From the NCBI GenBank assembly GCA_015231925.1, contig JADGAQ010000001.1:18728-82727 (forward strand): DNA of 64,000 nt. The letters run 5' to 3'. A program made the translations under genes and the position numbers. Position 1 is the stretch's first letter, and every line of letters begins with the position of its first letter. A model generated the notes under the pieces. That model had not been told where the DNA came from, made no database searches, and saw nothing but the letters and a program-made list of their open reading frames with translations. Below, piece by piece: positions 38,192-46,923 of the stretch. The DNA is from Magnetococcales bacterium. Its GTDB lineage: Bacteria; Pseudomonadota; Magnetococcia; Magnetococcales; JADGAQ01.

Positions 38192-38670
38192 TCGTTCTGC
38201 GCGGCATGACGGAGGCGGATTGCCCCGGGTTGGCCGGGATCGAGGCCCGGATCGGTTCTCCGCCGTGGAAGGCGCGGCAATTTCAAGAGGAGTTGCTCGA
38301 AAAGGCCCTGACAAGGGTGGCCTGCACCGCGAGCGGAGAGGTGATCGGCTATGCCGTGGCGCGCCGGCAATGCGACTGGTGGCAATTGATGATCCTCGGT
38401 GTCACCCCGGATTGGCAGGGCAGGGGGGTGGGCAAACGGCTGTTGCTCGACCTGCTTGAGAAGGCATGCGCTCAAGGGGGGGAGGGTATGGAACTGGAGG
38501 TGCGCGCTTCCAACGGCCCAGCCCTTGGCTTGTATGAACGGTGCGGGTTTTCACGCCAGGGGGAACGCCCCGGCTACTACCTCACCTCGGCGGCAAGAGA
38601 ACCGGCCGTGCTCATGGGATATGCTTTTCGCAGGGAATCGGGAACCAAGACTGCCGGCGATTGTCCATAA
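38188..38670 (+). CDS. rimI: ribosomal-protein-alanine N-acetyltransferase
   Basis: 160 aa. A GNAT core is present (VTPDWQGRGVGKRLLLDLL, LEVRASNGPALGLYERCGF). Its ATG overlaps the tsaB stop. Confidence 0.85.
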   Translation: MIVLRGMTEADCPGLAGIEARIGSPPWKARQFQEELLEKALTRVACTASGEVIGYAVARRQCDWWQLMILGVTPDWQGRGVGKRLLLDLLEKACAQGGEGMELEVRASNGPALGLYERCGFSRQGERPGYYLTSAAREPAVLMGYAFRRESGTKTAGDCP

Positions 38671-38702
38671 AGCGCATTACGCTTCGTTCATTCAGGAGAG
38701 AA

Positions 38703-39383
38703 ATGGAAGAGCGCACTCCACCGGATGCATTATTGGTCGTTGCGCCGGGGTGTCCCCACTGCGGCATGGTGCTGGAGGGCATGAGCCGCTTGTTGAAAGA
38801 GGGCAGGCTCTCTTCGTTGCAGGGTTTGCAGGCCCCGTATCATGCCGGGGAGGTCTCCCGGTTGGGCATTCGCAGCGTGCCCTGGTACCGCATCGGTCCG
38901 TTTGTCTTTGAGGAGGCGCAGGGCTATGCCGAGCTGTTGCGCTGGGCTGAACGGGCTGACCATATTCGGGGCATGGCCGTCTACTTCGAGGATCGTCTCA
39001 ATCGCGGTCAGCGCCACCGGGTTTTGGCCATGGTCCGCGAAGATCCGGCCCGACTGCAGGCTTTCGCCTTGCTGATGGCCGATGTCGAGGTCGGACTGCA
39101 GACCCGCCTGGGCATGGGGGTGGTATTGGAGGAGTTGCAGGGCAGCGGATTGGCCGTCGGCCTTTTGTCTGCCCTGGAAAGACTGGTGCAGCATCCCGAG
39201 GCGCGGATGCGCGGGGATGCCTGCCATTTTCTCTCCCTGATCGATTGTCCCCGAAGCGCCTTGCGCCTTTTGGAAAAATCCCTGGACGATCCCGATCCCA
39301 TGGTTCGCGAAGTGGCGGGGGATCTGCTGGAGGAGATGAAGAGTCAAGCGGGGTGGGAACCGGAGTATGATTCCCTTCCTTGA
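38703..39383 (+). CDS. thioredoxin-fold (CPHC) protein with HEAT-like C-terminal repeats
   Basis: The start at ATG 38703 is preceded by AGGAGA. The N-terminus reads LLVVAPGCPHCGMVLEGM. The C-terminal helical repeats end in ..DDPDPMVREVAGDLLEE, which is HEAT/PBS-lyase-like. The upstream 54 codons of the track ORF overlap rimI and are rejected. Confidence 0.55.
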   Translation: MEERTPPDALLVVAPGCPHCGMVLEGMSRLLKEGRLSSLQGLQAPYHAGEVSRLGIRSVPWYRIGPFVFEEAQGYAELLRWAERADHIRGMAVYFEDRLNRGQRHRVLAMVREDPARLQAFALLMADVEVGLQTRLGMGVVLEELQGSGLAVGLLSALERLVQHPEARMRGDACHFLSLIDCPRSALRLLEKSLDDPDPMVREVAGDLLEEMKSQAGWEPEYDSLP

Positions 39384-39517
39384 CTCGACCCGGAAAAGGG
39401 GCGGACAATTTCGCCTCGTCTTGGCAGAAATTTATGAATAAGACGGGGTGGCTCCTTGGATAGAAACCAAAAACCCCACGGCCGTTCTGGCCATCATTTG
39501 CATGAAAGGATCAGGCA

Positions 39518-39973
39518 ATGCTCGTCAAGGAAGTGATGATCAAAGAGGTACGAACCACCCGCCCCGACGATACGGTACGCAACGTAGCCGCCGTCATCTG
39601 CACCAACAAGATCAGCGGGTTGCCCGTGGTGGACGAGGAGCAGGCCCTTATCGGCATCATCTCCGAAAAGGATATCCTCAACTGCCTGTTGCCCAGCTAT
39701 GCCGATTTCCTCAACGATCCTCTGCGCGGTCGGGATTTCGAAACCATGGAACACTCTTACGCCGATGTCATGTCCAAAACGGTGCGGGAGTTGATGACGG
39801 CCAAGGTCTTCACCGTCAATCAGGATGAGCCCATCATGAAAGCCGCTTCCTACATGGCGCTGCACAGCTTTCGGCGCATTCCCGTGGTCGATGAGGAGAA
39901 CAAGCTCGTCGGCATCGTCAGCCTGGGAGACATTCACAAGGCGATATTCAAGCGGGAACTCTCCATGAAGTAG
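39518..39973 (+). CDS. stand-alone CBS-pair domain protein
   Basis: 151 aa with two CBS motifs (ISGLPVVDEEQALIGIISEKDIL and FRRIPVVDEENKLVGIVSLGDI). Confidence 0.85.
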   Translation: MLVKEVMIKEVRTTRPDDTVRNVAAVICTNKISGLPVVDEEQALIGIISEKDILNCLLPSYADFLNDPLRGRDFETMEHSYADVMSKTVRELMTAKVFTVNQDEPIMKAASYMALHSFRRIPVVDEENKLVGIVSLGDIHKAIFKRELSMK

Positions 39974-40033
39974 GGTTTCCTTCTCCGGGCTTCCCGGCGG
40001 CAGGCTCCTTCGTGCTGGTTATTCGGAGACTTC

Positions 40034-40780
40034 ATGAGCAGACTGGTGATACTGGCGGGACCTTCCTGCGCCGGGAAGAATGCCCTTTACAAGGCGATGC
40101 GGCGTTTTTATCCCGATTTGGTGGGCTCGTTCCAGCAACTGGTACTCTTCAATGACCGGGCTCCGCGGCCTGGTGAGGAGGATGGGCGGGACTACTTTTT
40201 CCGCCCCCGTGGTGAGATCGAAGCCATGGCGGGAAAGGACAACCATATCCTGGCCAATGTGCGTGGGGATCTGCAGGCCCTCAATGTGACTCAGATTGCC
40301 ACCATCCTGGCCCAGGGGAAGGTGGCCTTCTACGAGGGTAACTCCTTCGTGCCGGTGAAAATGCGGGAGATGGGATTCTGGCAACGCTTTCCCACCTTGT
40401 CCATCTTCCTCTCTCCGCTGTCGATGCAGGAGATTCTCTATCTGAAGGAGGCGGACAAACGGGTCGATCTGGGACGATTCGTGGCTGATGTGCAGCGCCG
40501 TAAACTGTTGCACCGCACCCGCAAGTTCAAGGGGAACCTCTCCCTTCCGGATCTGGAGGAGATCGAACGTCGCAGCGTCGCCGTCATCCTGGAAATGAGG
40601 GAGGCCTGGAAGTTCGATTACGTTCTGCCCGTCTACGACGGGGAGGGGCACGACAACTGGGATGGTTTCTACTATCCCATCGGCAGCGCCTGGCAGGCGA
40701 TGACGGCATTCGCTTCGTTGCTGCGTGGTGAAAGTCCCGCCCGTGGCGCTGAAAAATGGCCGGAGGATTTGGTACCCTGA
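40034..40780 (+). CDS. guanylate-kinase-like P-loop protein with divergent C-terminal half
   Basis: 248 aa. A P-loop (LAGPSCAGKNAL) and RAPRPGEEDGRDYFF, which is close to the GMP-kinase TTRxPRxGExDGxDYxF motif, are present. The C-terminal roughly 120 aa do not look like canonical Gmk. Confidence 0.65.
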   Translation: MSRLVILAGPSCAGKNALYKAMRRFYPDLVGSFQQLVLFNDRAPRPGEEDGRDYFFRPRGEIEAMAGKDNHILANVRGDLQALNVTQIATILAQGKVAFYEGNSFVPVKMREMGFWQRFPTLSIFLSPLSMQEILYLKEADKRVDLGRFVADVQRRKLLHRTRKFKGNLSLPDLEEIERRSVAVILEMREAWKFDYVLPVYDGEGHDNWDGFYYPIGSAWQAMTAFASLLRGESPARGAEKWPEDLVP

Positions 40781-40809
40781 ACACGGGGTGCCTTCAGGGG
40801 GAGGAAACA

Positions 40810-41283
40810 GTGGCAAAGGAAATCGAACGGAAGTTTTTGGTTCGTGGAGAGGCTTGGCGTCATCTGGGTGAAGTTTCGGAATATCGCCAGGGATTCCTCT
40901 CCACGGTACGGGAACGGGTGGTGCGCGTGCGCATTGCCGGGGACAAGGGTACCCTGACCATCAAGGGCGTGACCCGGGGCGTGACCCGCTCGGAATTCGA
41001 ATACCCCATTCCCCTTGAAGATGCCCGCATCCTGCTGCAGGAAATTTGCGAACGGCCCCTGATCGAGAAGAAACGCCATCGTATTCCGCAGGGGGAGTTG
41101 GTCTGGGAGGTCGATGAGTTCTTCGGTGAAAACGAGGGGCTGATCCTGGCCGAAGTCGAGTTGCGGGACGAACACCAGGAAGTCACCCTGCCGGATTGGG
41201 TGGGACGGGAAGTTTCCGACGATCCGCGCTATTTCAACGCCAATCTTGTGGCCAATCCGTTCAAGAATTGGGGAAAATCCTAG
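40810..41283 (+). CDS. CYTH-domain triphosphate tunnel metalloenzyme
   Basis: GTG 40810 is preceded by GGGGAGGA. The N-terminus VAKEIERKFLV carries the ExExK signature. TLTIKG, EFEYPI, WEVDEFFGENEGLILAEVEL and the C-terminal Y.N follow. An alternative ATG 40756 would overlap the upstream gene. Confidence 0.85.
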   Translation: MAKEIERKFLVRGEAWRHLGEVSEYRQGFLSTVRERVVRVRIAGDKGTLTIKGVTRGVTRSEFEYPIPLEDARILLQEICERPLIEKKRHRIPQGELVWEVDEFFGENEGLILAEVELRDEHQEVTLPDWVGREVSDDPRYFNANLVANPFKNWGKS

Positions 41284-41454
41284 GGTGTGTTGACATTTGC
41301 CTGATTTTGGTTCCTGGCAAGGCGCAAGATGGTGAGGAAGCGGAATGTAGTTCGCCTACATGACATTCCGAACCGGGTTGCAACGCCGCCAGGGACCAAT
41401 AGATGGTGAATGTCAAACGCCCCAACAGTGACGGCTACTTTCCGGGAGAGTGCG

Positions 41455-42318
41455 ATGGCCATCTTCGCCATTGGGGACATTCACGGTTGCTTCGACGAGC
41501 TTGAGCAATTGCTGAAGGTCATCGACTTCACCCGAGGGCGGGACCGCTTGTGGTTCGTCGGCGATCTGTTGAGCCGTGGCCCCAAGTCGATGGAAGTGTT
41601 GAACCGGGTGCGCGGCCTCGGCGAGGATGCGGTTTGTGTATTGGGCAACCACGATCTGCGCGCCATTTCCGTCCTGGCGGGGGTTCATCCCGGTGGCGGC
41701 GGGGCCTGGTTCGAGTGGTTGCAGAACGCGCCGGATCGGCAGGAGTTGCTGCAATGGCTCTCCGGTTTGCCGTTCATGCATCGCGATGACGCTTTGGGCT
41801 GGAGCATGGTGCATGCGGGCATTGCTCCCGGATGGAGTCTGGATGAGGCGATGGCCCGCTCCAGGGCCGCCTCGGCGGTTCTGGGGAATCCGGAACACAC
41901 CGCATCGGTATTCGACGGCCAGTGGGGCCATCTGCCGGTGAAGGAGCCTCCCCCTTCCGAGGCCCGGATGCGCCTTTGGTACGACATCACCGTTTTTACC
42001 CGGATTCGGGTTTGCGCCGCCGATGGGAGTATGGTCTGGCCGGGCATGCTGCGAAAGTCGGGGTTGGCCCATCCCTTCATGTTGCCGCCACCGGAGTCTC
42101 CGGTTCAGCCCTGGCATAGCTATCGCCATTGGTCTCCGGAAGAGAAGATGGTCTTCGGCCATTGGGCGGGGGCGGGGGTGCAGTTGAGTCAACACGCCGT
42201 TGGTTTGGACGGGGCTTGTGTTTACGGGCGGCGCTTGGTGGCCATGCGTCTGGACGCTCCAGGCAACCCTTTGTATCACGTTCCCTGTCCCTGCTACAGT
42301 AAACCGGAAGAGTCCTGA
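41455..42318 (+). CDS. apaH: symmetrical bis(5'-nucleosyl)-tetraphosphatase
   Basis: The start is MAIFAIGDIHGCFDELEQLL at ATG 41455. Metallophosphoesterase motifs are present (GDLLSRGP, LGNHD, HAG). Confidence 0.9.
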   Translation: MAIFAIGDIHGCFDELEQLLKVIDFTRGRDRLWFVGDLLSRGPKSMEVLNRVRGLGEDAVCVLGNHDLRAISVLAGVHPGGGGAWFEWLQNAPDRQELLQWLSGLPFMHRDDALGWSMVHAGIAPGWSLDEAMARSRAASAVLGNPEHTASVFDGQWGHLPVKEPPPSEARMRLWYDITVFTRIRVCAADGSMVWPGMLRKSGLAHPFMLPPPESPVQPWHSYRHWSPEEKMVFGHWAGAGVQLSQHAVGLDGACVYGRRLVAMRLDAPGNPLYHVPCPCYSKPEES

Positions 42319-42330
42319 CGCTGTTTTGTG

Positions 42331-42496
42331 TTTTATATTTTCAATATTTTGTCTTTTAAGTATCAAAAAAAGAAAATGTTCTGTCTTTTGACTTGTTTAT
42401 TGATTCTATGAAAATTTATTAAATGTATTATTATAAAATAAAAAGTCAAAACATTTTCTTTTTTTGATACTTTAAAGGAAACATGTTGAAAGGCAA
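42331..42496. repeat. AT-rich long-palindrome intergenic element, copy 3 (outer ends degenerate, 7-nt deletion in right arm)
   Basis: The left arm reads ..TTTCAATATTTTGTCTTTTAAGTATCAAAAAAAGAAAATGTTCTGTCTTTTGACTTG. An AT-rich centre follows. The right arm reads AAAAGTCAAAACATTTTCTTTTTTTGATACTTTAAAGGAAACATGTTGAAAGGCAA. It lies between convergent apaH and the DUF790-like gene. Confidence 0.8.
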
Positions 42497-42519
42497 ATAT
42501 TCAAACCTGGACTTCATCA

Positions 42520-43740
42520 TCAGGCCAACGTCTCATTCAAAATCTTCACCACCCGGCCCACAGGCGGCATCTCGCTGAACAGAAAACCCTTTTTGCCAAA
42601 ACAGGCCGATCCCTGCAACAGACTCATCATCTCCGGGCGGCGGGAGAGACTGCGGTCCACCCCCAGCAGCAGGGTTGCCGAAGCGGTGGACCCCTTCTCC
42701 AGAGCCGTCAACCTGCGGGTCAGCGGGCCGGCGTGCCAGGGGTGAAAAAGCTCCAGGTGAACCTCCTTGCCCGAACGATGCCGAAAGGTGAAATCCGGGA
42801 CACATAACTCCTGCCCCCCTAAATCGAGCAAAGCGACTTGCTCCTCCAACAGTTGCCACTCCGAATCGGCATCCAGGAAAGCCTTGGCAAAGAGATCGAT
42901 CCCTTCCGGTCGATAGGTGCCGAGGTGTCGGTGCGGGGGCCGGAGGGGCGAGGTTTCATCCAAGGTCAGGGTCATGACGGGCTTTTCAGGCCATTTTACC
43001 GTCACTTCGAGCCGCCAGTGGGTCAGAAGGGTGACGATGGGAAAAAAACAGGCCAGTTGAAAGCCGTATTTCTGCGTCTGTTCCAAAATGGACAGGGGAC
43101 CATCCACCACAACGTCGTAACGATTGGCTGAAAGGGGGTGGATGCGTACCAGCAGGCGAAAGAATTTGAGAGCGCGCAACACCTGACGTAACCGCCCGAC
43201 CTGCTCATCTTCCAGGGTCAGGGTCAGGGAGCCCGCCGTGATCAGGATGCCTTGAACCTGGGCCAGATTGTAACGATTGAGCAGTTCCACAGGCGTGAGG
43301 TCATCGAAGGCGAGCAGCGTCAGACGTTGCGGAAGGTCGCCGTAAAGCCGTTCGGAAAGTTCGTCGGGAGAGGTGTCGAACGCTTTGGCCACCTCGGCGC
43401 GAAAGGCTTCCAGATGGCCCATGCCGGGTTGACCGATCAGGCGGGCGGAGTGGGCCAGAATCTCCTCCCGCAGGCGCATGACGGCATCGTCCGCAGATTT
43501 GAATTGACAACGGTCCTGAACCAGTTTCAGCAACCCTCTGGCCACCTTGGGACTGCGGCTGGCATTGACCAGGGTGTCGGCGGCGTCTTCAAGCTCTTCA
43601 CTGGTTTGGCCGAGGCCTTCTCGATGCAAGGTGATCAGGTCGTCTCCGAGATTGAGCAGACTCTGATCCGTCAGGTCCACGAAGCGGGGAGTGAGCTGCT
43701 GATTGCGAATGGCAAAACGCAACAAGTCCCGAGTCAGCAT
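42520..43740 (-). CDS. DUF790-like protein (Bax1-type nuclease partner of XPB helicases)
   Basis: 406 aa. The N-terminus MLTRDLLRFAIRNQQLTPRFVD and the overall size and position match the DUF790 family as I remember it. It overlaps the 3' end of an XPB-like helicase gene by 7 nt. The family call is from memory and not verified. Confidence 0.6.
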   Translation of the reverse strand: MLTRDLLRFAIRNQQLTPRFVDLTDQSLLNLGDDLITLHREGLGQTSEELEDAADTLVNASRSPKVARGLLKLVQDRCQFKSADDAVMRLREEILAHSARLIGQPGMGHLEAFRAEVAKAFDTSPDELSERLYGDLPQRLTLLAFDDLTPVELLNRYNLAQVQGILITAGSLTLTLEDEQVGRLRQVLRALKFFRLLVRIHPLSANRYDVVVDGPLSILEQTQKYGFQLACFFPIVTLLTHWRLEVTVKWPEKPVMTLTLDETSPLRPPHRHLGTYRPEGIDLFAKAFLDADSEWQLLEEQVALLDLGGQELCVPDFTFRHRSGKEVHLELFHPWHAGPLTRRLTALEKGSTASATLLLGVDRSLSRRPEMMSLLQGSACFGKKGFLFSEMPPVGRVVKILNETLA

Positions 43741-45209
43741 GCCTCCTCCTGGCGCTGATAGGCCAGATGCTGACGGCGTCTGGCGCTGGTGAAGGTTTCC
43801 GCCGTATCCGAGGAGACCAGTTCATAGAGAATGGCCTGTTTGCCTTTGGCCGGTCGCAGAATGCGCCCCAGTCGCTGCACATGCTCCCGCACGCTGCCGG
43901 TGCCCGAAACGATGATGCCTACCGCCACTTCGGGAACATCCACACCTTCGTTGAGAACCCGTGAAGAGACCATGACCGACCAAGCCCCGGAACGGAAGGC
44001 ATCCATGAAGCGTTTGCGTTCGGAAACCTTGGTGCGATGGGTGATGACCGGCAGGAAAAAGGTCTCCCCGATGGTGTAGGCGGTGGCGTTGTCGTCGGTG
44101 AAAATCAGGATGCGCTCCTGCCGATGACGACGCAGCAACTCCCACAAGGAGCGCAACTTGGATCGGGAGGCCCGGGCGATACGTTTTTGCACACGCCAGG
44201 CTTCCATGGCCGCACGTCCTTCCCGGGAACGGGCGGAAATCTGGATGAAGCGACTCCAGCCGCCGGGATCCTTCAAGGAGATACCCTGTTCCTTGATGAA
44301 CTGGCGATAGTGGGCATAAGAGCTTTCGTAGGCCTCGCGCTCGTCGGCATCCAGCTCGATGGCGACCTGTTCCCAGCGGTAGGGGGCCAGAAAGGAACCT
44401 TCGAGTTCGGGAATTTCGGTGCGATGACACAGGGGTCCCAACAGGTCGAAAAGCTGCTGCTCCCCCCCGTCCGCCCTTTCCGGCGTGGCGGAAAGACCCA
44501 GCCGGAAGGGCGCGATACACAGGGTGGCCGCCAGACGGGTGGAGGGTGTCGGCAGATGGTGGCATTCGTCACAGACCAGAAAGCCGAAGCGATTGCCGAT
44601 GCGCTCCATGTGGATCACGGCGGAATCGTAGGTGGAGACGGTTATGGGCTCGACCAGACGATCACCGCCTCCCAGCAGGCCGATGGGTTGCGCAAAGACT
44701 CGGGACAACTGTTCATACCATTGATGCATCAGATCCAGGGTGGGAACCAGGATCAGCGTGTCCCGTTGCACCAGGCACATGGCCCTTCGGGCCAGCAAGC
44801 TTTTCCCGGCGCCGGTTGGCAATACCACCACACCCTTGCAGCCCTGTTTGTTCCAGGCGTTCAAGGCCTCTTGCTGGTGAGGGCGCATGGGCGGTTCGCC
44901 TCTGGCGCGAAAGTCTCGGGTGGAAAATTGCCGGGCCTGGTCTTGAAAGGGAATCTTGCGTTGGTGCAGATTCAATAAAATAGGTCCGTAATGACGGGCC
45001 TGGGTGCGAAAAGCGTTGGCCCTCGGATCCCATTGCACCAGATGAACCAGTGGCGCCATGTCGGCTGAACCGGCTTGAATAAGGAGGGTGCCCTGGTCGA
45101 AGGTGACCTGAATCGGCGTGGGGACACACCGCTCCGGAGGTGCCGAAACGGTCACCTCCGGAGCGGATGTCTCCTCAAAGGACGCTTTTTTCATGCAGAT
45201 AGAGGCCAA
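43734..45209 (-). CDS. XPB/ERCC3-like superfamily-2 DNA helicase
   Basis: 491 aa. Motifs are RPHQQEALNAW, Walker A VVLPTGAGKS, a DExH box LVCDECHH, LGLSATPER and a C-terminal RecA2 domain (ILIFTDD, VSSRVLNEGVDVPE, QRLGRILR). The start may be ATG 45194 (MKKASFEET). Confidence 0.85.
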   Translation of the reverse strand: MASICMKKASFEETSAPEVTVSAPPERCVPTPIQVTFDQGTLLIQAGSADMAPLVHLVQWDPRANAFRTQARHYGPILLNLHQRKIPFQDQARQFSTRDFRARGEPPMRPHQQEALNAWNKQGCKGVVVLPTGAGKSLLARRAMCLVQRDTLILVPTLDLMHQWYEQLSRVFAQPIGLLGGGDRLVEPITVSTYDSAVIHMERIGNRFGFLVCDECHHLPTPSTRLAATLCIAPFRLGLSATPERADGGEQQLFDLLGPLCHRTEIPELEGSFLAPYRWEQVAIELDADEREAYESSYAHYRQFIKEQGISLKDPGGWSRFIQISARSREGRAAMEAWRVQKRIARASRSKLRSLWELLRRHRQERILIFTDDNATAYTIGETFFLPVITHRTKVSERKRFMDAFRSGAWSVMVSSRVLNEGVDVPEVAVGIIVSGTGSVREHVQRLGRILRPAKGKQAILYELVSSDTAETFTSARRRQHLAYQRQEEAC

Positions 45210-45612
45210 AGGCGCGGTCGGCCCGATGGATGTGATCCATCAGCCAGGTATGAAGAAAACGGACCATCTCCTCCACAACCCGCATTTGCGCACCCGAACT
45301 TTCGGATTGGTCGAACTGGCGACGCAATTTGTTGAAGTCTCCGCGAATCTGATGGTGCAGTGCGGCGTGACCTTCCAGGTCGGGATAGTCGTTGTTTTTC
45401 ATCAGCATCTCCTCGTAGCGGAAATGACAGGCCATATAGCCTTTCAGTCGCAACAGGAAGGTCGCCATCGATTCGATGCCGGTGCCCTGGGCCACCGAGG
45501 CATTGAGTTCGTCAAAAATCTGAAACAGGCGCCGATGCTGACCGTCCACCTCGGGAATGCCCAGGCAATAAGCGTCCGACCACGGCACGGGGTTCGTCAC
45601 GGGGCTCTCCAC
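45175..45612 (-). CDS. bacteriohemerythrin
   Basis: 145 aa. The motifs are WSDAYCLGIPEVDGQHRRLFQIFDEL, HFRYEE and WLMDHIHRAD, which supply the His/Glu/Asp iron ligands. Confidence 0.85.
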   Translation of the reverse strand: MESPVTNPVPWSDAYCLGIPEVDGQHRRLFQIFDELNASVAQGTGIESMATFLLRLKGYMACHFRYEEMLMKNNDYPDLEGHAALHHQIRGDFNKLRRQFDQSESSGAQMRVVEEMVRFLHTWLMDHIHRADRAFGLYLHEKSVL

Positions 45613-45663
45613 GGGTGATCGGGTTGAGGACTCCCTGCACTGTTGGCCAACCTCCGAAAAATG

Positions 45664-46749
45664 TCAAGCGTGACGTTTCTCGAAATCCTGCATGAAGGCG
45701 ACCAGGGCTTCCACCCCCTCTTCCGGCATGGCGTTGTAGATGGAGGCGCGCATGCCGCCGACCGAGCGATGCCCTTCCAGGGTGACCAGTCCGGCCACCT
45801 TGGCTTCCGCCAGGAAGGTCTTTTCCAGATCGGGCTTGGCCAAGGTGAAGGGGACATTCATGCGGGACCGGCTCTCCGGTTCGTTGGGATTGCGGTAGAA
45901 ACTGGAAGAGTCGATGGCCTGATAGAGGCGATTGGCTTTGCGAATGTTGCGCGCTTCGATGGCGGCGACGCCCCCGGCCTCCTTCACCCATTGCAGCACC
46001 AGTCCCAGGATATAGATGGCATAGGTGGGCGGGGTGTTGAGCATGGAGCCGTTTTCCACCTGGGGCTTGTAGTCCATCATGGTGGGCAGTTTGGCGGCGG
46101 TGCGTCCCACCAGATCGTCCCGGATGATGACCACCGTGACACCGCTGGGACCAAGATTCTTTTGGGCGCCGGCGTAGAGGATGCCGTAGCGGGAGACATC
46201 CACGGGGCGGGAGAGGATATTGGAGGACATGTCCGCCACCAACGGCACGTCGCCGGTTTCGGGCACATAGTTGAATTCGGTGCCGAAGATGGTGTTGTTG
46301 GAGGTCATATGAACGTAACAGGCTTTGGGATCGAGATTCAGCTCCGCCTGTTGCGGAATACGGTTGAAATTGGTCGATTCGGAGGAGGCGGCCACCTGTA
46401 CCTTGGCGAACTTGGCGGCTTCCTTGGCGGCTTTCTGCGCCCACATGCCGGTCAGGATATAATCCACCGGGGTGGTGCTGTCGGCGACCAGGTTCATGGG
46501 CACCATGGCGAACTGGAGGGTGGCCCCCCCCTGCAGGAAGAGAACCTTGTAGTTGGCGGGGATGCCCATCAACTCGCGGAGCAGGGCTTCGGCCTCGGCG
46601 ATGATGGCCATGTAGACCTTGGAGCGATGGCTCATCTCCATGACGGACATGCCGCTGCCCTGGTAATCCAGCATCTCATTGCGGGCGCGTTCGAGGACCG
46701 GCACAGGCAGAACGGCCGGGCCTGCGCTGAAGTTGTAAACACGAGCCAT
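45664..46749 (-). CDS. serC: phosphoserine aminotransferase
   Basis: The start is MARVYNFSAGPAVLP at ATG 46749. The motifs FLQGGATLQF, AGAQKNLGPSG and GGMRASIYNAMP are present. Confidence 0.95.
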   Translation of the reverse strand: MARVYNFSAGPAVLPVPVLERARNEMLDYQGSGMSVMEMSHRSKVYMAIIAEAEALLRELMGIPANYKVLFLQGGATLQFAMVPMNLVADSTTPVDYILTGMWAQKAAKEAAKFAKVQVAASSESTNFNRIPQQAELNLDPKACYVHMTSNNTIFGTEFNYVPETGDVPLVADMSSNILSRPVDVSRYGILYAGAQKNLGPSGVTVVIIRDDLVGRTAAKLPTMMDYKPQVENGSMLNTPPTYAIYILGLVLQWVKEAGGVAAIEARNIRKANRLYQAIDSSSFYRNPNEPESRSRMNVPFTLAKPDLEKTFLAEAKVAGLVTLEGHRSVGGMRASIYNAMPEEGVEALVAFMQDFEKRHA

Positions 46750-46868
46750 GGCGATAATCTCCTGCAGGGTGAAAGGAACAACAACGGGCGGCACGCACCC
46801 CCGATCCAGGGGCAATATTGGACCAAAGCCGGGGCGTCAGGTCAATGCTTCAACCGAAATCCATAAAG

Positions 46869-46896
46869 AAAAAGCCGGTCTTGCGACCGGCTTTTT
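46869..46896 (-). terminator. rho-independent (bidirectional-looking) terminator after the pilin gene
   Basis: AAAAAGCCGGTC-ttgc-GACCGGCTTTTT. The GC-rich 7-bp core stem is flanked by an A-run and a T-run, 28 nt downstream of the pilin stop. Confidence 0.75.
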
Positions 46897-46923
46897 CAAA
46901 CAGATGATTCGGAAAATTCCGAA

